From: Carpediemonas membranifera BICM | Lineage: Eukaryota; Protista; Fornicata | Length of the DNA: 64,000 nucleotides | Reading direction: 5' to 3' | Assembly: GCA_019828565.1 (NCBI GenBank) | Contig: JAHDYR010000034.1 | Span: 88,209 to 152,208 of the forward strand | In this document: piece by piece, positions 59,876 through 64,000 of the stretch | Layout: each line of letters begins with the position of its first letter | How positions within the stretch are numbered: position 1 is the first letter of the stretch | Notes under the pieces: generated by a model | What the model saw: the letters and a program-made list of their open reading frames with translations, nothing else | Told to the model about the DNA's origin: nothing | Database searches by the model: none | Program-made: the position numbers and the translations under genes

Positions 59876-60763
59876 GCCCCTCAAAGCCATTGAGGAGTGG
59901 CTGCGAGGGGTATGATTGTGGGCCTTAGTGAGGCTAATCATAAACCTTGATGGACAAGGTGATATTGGCTATTTGGAAGCCGTTAAGGCTTTAGAGTCTC
60001 TTTTAGGCTCGATGGTTCAATAATTGCGCATCAGATGAAGAAATTGCGCAACAAAAGTGAAAAATCGCTAGAACTCCTCAACGAAGCGCCGTTGAGGGCT
60101 ATAGACCTCGTTTTGAGCTCTTTGTGTTGGCAGATGCAATGAATTGCAGCCGGGGCACAACTTGCATGAAAGACATCGAGAGTGTCTTAAAGTGCACCGA
60201 TCGGCTGCAATCGCTTGGGCGGCGACTGGTTCCCTGTGGGAATGGACGGAGTCTACCGGATCGTCAGCCTGTCTGACTGGCAAGGCCAGCGGAGCCAAAA
60301 CTTCGGCGCGAGAGGTCGAGGATGATTCGATACGATCTCAAAGACGGGATCGTGCGTCTCATAAGGGCGGTTCAGTTGTTCAAGAGCGAACTGAAACCGC
60401 GGGGCAGCCTTGCTCCCGATCCCCTCCTTCGGAGGGTGACGCTCGGCATTACGTAAGGTCGAGCGAGGTAATTTACTCCGGCTTACACAGAGATAGACCC
60501 GGGACGATGCGAGAACGCGACACAATAAATTACCTACCCCCCCCTGTGGGAATGGACGGAGTCTACCGGATCGTCAGCCTGTCTGACTGCCGAGACCAAC
60601 GGCGACGTGACAATTCCGCGACGGGGCGGAGACACGCCAAGTGCGGCGTCCTGGGCAAGCCTCCGAGATCCGGGAGATCCGAGGTGAATCTTTATGAGAT
60701 TTGATAGGCGATTTGATTGACGATTCGTTTGGCGGGAGGAGATCGAATCAGGCAGAAGGAGAG

Positions 60764-61282
60764 ATGGAAGGAGAAGCAGAAGAAGTCAGAGCCCCTGACG
60801 AGCAGGGGAACGTCCAACCAGTCGAAGAAGATGAACTTAAGGTCCTACGCAAGGAACTACTCCTCATGAACGCTCGTGTGCAGGAGCTGCAGAGGAACGC
60901 CCGCAACGAGGGCTGGTCCAAGCCTCAGTCCTCCTCAATGCGCGAGGAAGCTGATTGGATCGAGCGCATATACCGTATGATGCGCTACGAGGAGCCGATC
61001 GACATCGACGTCATCTTGCTCGAGCTCTACGCACGCCACCGATCTCTCGACATCAAGGACCGTTACGGCTACCAGGCAGCCGCAGCTGTGAGCATCGCTT
61101 CAAAGGCTTTCATCGCCACCCCGCCGAGAGACGCCCAACACGCCGATGTTGCCACGCGCCAACTGGAGCTCGAGCAGCGCATTCTTCACACGCTGGCAAA
61201 ATTTCCCCGTCTGGCCCAGGCTCAGCAAGAGCGCTCCGCCTTCAAGGCGGGCAAGCCCGGACCGAAAAGAAGCCGCCAGTAA
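60764..61282 (+). CDS. Y8 gag-like ORF1
   Basis: WSKPQSSSMREEA..RHRSLDIKDRYGY. Confidence 0.8.
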   Translation: MEGEAEEVRAPDEQGNVQPVEEDELKVLRKELLLMNARVQELQRNARNEGWSKPQSSSMREEADWIERIYRMMRYEEPIDIDVILLELYARHRSLDIKDRYGYQAAAAVSIASKAFIATPPRDAQHADVATRQLELEQRILHTLAKFPRLAQAQQERSAFKAGKPGPKRSRQ

Positions 61283-61369
61283 CAAGCCATCTTCAAGATC
61301 TCTCTCACCACCTCTCACACTCGCACATCCCTCCTCAACGTCTCTCTCCTCCTCCGAGACTCCTCACAT

Positions 61370-63238
61370 TTCCCACGATAGCCCGTCATCAGCTCTGGTC
61401 CGCCTCGGGAGCGCCCTCAGACGTGGTCTCGTGGATCGAGGCAGGCGTCCCGATCGAGATCACCGGGTCGCCACGTCAGCCCAAGCCCCGACCCCTATCG
61501 CCCGCGGCCTCCGAGTGCCTCCGACCACTCATGCAGGAGCTCGTCAAGTCCCAAGTCGTGCGCATCTGCAGTCGCAGGCCTCGTCTAGTCTCCCCATATT
61601 CACTACTCCAAAGTCCGACGGCTCCCCGCGACTGATACACGATCTCAGAACGTTGAACGACGTCACGAAGGAACGGCGGGTGTTCCGCCTTTTCGGCCTC
61701 AAGCGCCTCTTGGAGATCGCAGCCCCGGACGACAGCGCAGTGAAGCTAGACCTACGCTCAGGCTACTACCAACTCGGCGTGAAGCCATCGGACAGAACGC
61801 TTCTCGGCTTTGCCTACGCCGGCCAGTTCTACCAGTTCCAGGTGCTTCCCTTCGGCTGGACAGCAGCGCCTTATGTGTTTCAGCGCGTCATGATATCCGC
61901 CGCGTCCATCATATCCCACCGCTTCGGGGTGAAGGTAGCTGTATATCTGGACGACTGGGCCGTCCTAGCACCGCAGAGCCACCTCAAGCGTGTAGTCCCC
62001 GGTATCGTCAAGTGCATGCAGCAGCTAGGCCTCATCCTCAACCTGGCCAAGTCAATGCTGACTCCTGGCAGGGTGATAGAGTACCTAGGCTTCAGGGTCG
62101 ACCTGGCCGCGAGACGCATCACTATCACGCAGGCGAAAGCCACCAAGTACGCGGCGAAACTGGACGAAGCTCTACTCGTGCCACCATCAGGGCGGGAGTG
62201 GCAGTCCCTCCTAGGCAAGCTCTCGTTCGCGTCTATCGCATGGCAGGACGGCAGGGCATGGCTTCGACCCCTTCAGGTCTCCGCAGCCCCCAACACTCCC
62301 CAAGCAGAACGAGCTCTGCAAGAGTGGGCCAGACGAATGAGGAACGTGCCTCATCGGTCGTTCGACAGCCTTATGACCCTGTGGGGCATGCATCCGGCGA
62401 TAGATGTCACCGTTATATCAGACGCGTCGGACGAGGGGATGGGAGCTGTCATCCGGCAGCCGGGTGCCCCCGATATACAGCTTTCCCTTCCCGTGCCACC
62501 CTCACTAGCACACTTGCATATCACCGCCAAGGAGTTCCTGGCCTCGGTGACCGCTGTGCGCCGTCTGCTCGAGTCCTCGGGCTTAGACCTGCAGGGCAGG
62601 GAGATAACGGTGTTCTCCGACTCGACGGCGGCAGTTGGTTGGCTCAACAAGCAGGCCTCCACTCGCGCGCCACCAGAGGTGGTCTCCGAGTCGCTGTCCT
62701 TCTTCACGCTCCTATCGGAGAGAGGCGTCAGCTTGAGGGCTCGACACACCGCAGGCCACCTGAATATAGCCGCCGACTCGCTGTCAAGGTTCACCAAGAC
62801 GGACTGGCAAACCCCGGCGGGCGTGCTCCGCCGCATGTTAGACTCGTGGGGGCCGGCCGAGGTCGACTTGACTGGTCACCCCACGAAGGAGCTGCTCCTC
62901 CCGTCGTACACCAGCCGCTCCGTGCCGTTCTCCGGAGACGGTCTGAACCAGAACTGGTGCGGTCGGAGAGTCTTCCTTGCGCCCCCTGGGCCATGGTCCC
63001 AAAGGTGCTAGCCAAGCTCTACCGTATCATAGAGCCTCTAGGAGACCGAGACCCTCGACAACTACGCTCCGTAACGTTTCTGGTCTTGCCGGACATCAGG
63101 TCCGCTCCTATAAAAAGGCTGGCGCCCGAGAAGATGTACTTCTCAATCCCAGCACAGCCAGGGTCAGAGCTGCCAGGCGCCAATGGAAAGCACAGACTAG
63201 TCGCCCTGTGCCTTCCGACGCGTTTGTCACAGGCCTAA
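61370..63238 (+). CDS. Y8 RT-RNase H-MT remnant (frameshifts at ~61595 and ~62985)
   Basis: LDLRSGYYQ, LPFGW, YLDD, ISDASD..KE..SDS..ADSLSR, WGPAEVDL. Confidence 0.88.
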
Positions 63239-63956
63239 GCGAGCATGCGATGTTCGGTGGCCCTCGCTCGGGCCACACGGCAAGACTACGCGAGGACCCT
63301 TGCGGGCTTCCTGGCCTACGCGTCCACACTCCCCCCGGTCGAGGCAGCCAAGCGCTGGGCTGACGAACAGGCCCACACCGCTGGAAAGGACCGCATCATG
63401 GCCAAGGCCGGGGTGATAGTCAGGTTCGCCCACCGCGTGCTTCCAGACACCTACGCCCTCGCCGAGGACTTCTGGCCAATCGTAGCAGAAGCAGCTACGG
63501 CCTCGACGACAGCAGCACACGGCCCCGCGGCACCTGTCAGGCTCAAGTGGATCAATGCAGTCCTCACCCGGACACCCGAGGACCTCATGTGCCACCAGTG
63601 GCGGCAGATAATGACATTCGCGCTGACGTGTTATGCCTCCGTGTCGCGCCCTGGTGAGGTCCTGGCCCTATCACGCAGGGACATCATCGAGACCCCCGAC
63701 GGCATCGTCATCACCATCCGGCGGACTAAGACCGGCATGACCAACGTCCGAAAGATGATTCCTCTCGCGCAGGGCGACCCCCTGTCGCCAGCGACCTGGC
63801 TACATGACCACCTGGCCGCCATAGGGGACGTTGATGTACTTGAGCCTATCTGGCGGACGACGGACCAGTACGGCAACCTCGCTCCCGGTCACCGCCCGGT
63901 GGCATTCTCCGAGCTGGCGGACAGCTTCAAAAGCCAGTTCGGACATGGCGCAAGGC

Positions 63957-64000
63957 TGTCGTGGGTCTTACCCAATATTTACATAGTTGTATTATTTACA
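63957..64000 (+). mobile_element. Start of a probable LTR (G5) inserted in the Y8 recombinase
   Basis: Abrupt switch to AT-rich DNA starting TGTCGTGGGTCTT, similar to the G2 LTR start TGTCGTGGATCTT. Confidence 0.65.

Larger units (their letters stand above)
56341..60589 (+). mobile_element. YR retrotransposon Y7 with complete split direct repeats
   Basis: A1 56341-56460 = A2 60278-60397; B1 60232-60279 = B2 60542-60589. Confidence 0.95.
60590..63956 (+). mobile_element. YR retrotransposon Y8 (YR interrupted by G5 near the window end)
   Basis: gag 60764-61282; RT-RH-MT ~61370-63238 with frameshifts; YR ~63210-63956 (SRPGE, RTKT) cut just before the HxxR motif. Confidence 0.9.

Noticed and set aside
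41510-60589. CRISPR-like array formed by the short B repeats
   Set aside because: The repeats are family-specific pairs separated by A repeats or kilobases of ORFs, no cas genes are present, and they are explained as split direct repeats.

Overview
Eukaryotic (probably protist) DNA, GC-rich. After the 3' end of one host gene (1-268) the window is almost entirely a nested transposable-element cluster with a single host tRNA-Tyr(GTA) gene (49138-49210, minus strand). (1) A head-to-tail array, all on the + strand, of nine tyrosine-recombinase (YR) retrotransposon copies (Y1-Y8, with Y6 duplicated; DIRS order, PAT/Ngaro-type split direct repeats A1..B1-A2-B2) plus solo A-B remnants. They abut each other at hairpin-tipped B|A junctions. 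(2) Five Ty3/Gypsy elements (G1-G5; G2 and G4 retain chromodomain integrases) with very short LTRs; G1-G4 have a palindrome where the tRNA primer-binding site should be. (3) A 13.4-kb composite CMC/CACTA-like DNA transposon (21611-35002, GG target-site duplication) carrying a CRE-like non-LTR fragment and chromatin-related cargo: PHD-type fingers, a CHAT/caspase-like protease, an OTU-like protease, and a SET protein with an H3-tail mimic at its N-terminus and an H3K9M-like motif at its C-terminus. (4) A SINE-like insert with a 17-bp TSD. The most novel candidates are the histone-mimic cargo, the integron-like accretion of YR retroelements, a possible two-way frameshift site feeding both RT and YR, and tRNA-less palindromic priming. 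Many frameshifts sit in homopolymers and may be sequencing errors. All protein assignments are from motifs read by eye; no database search was run.
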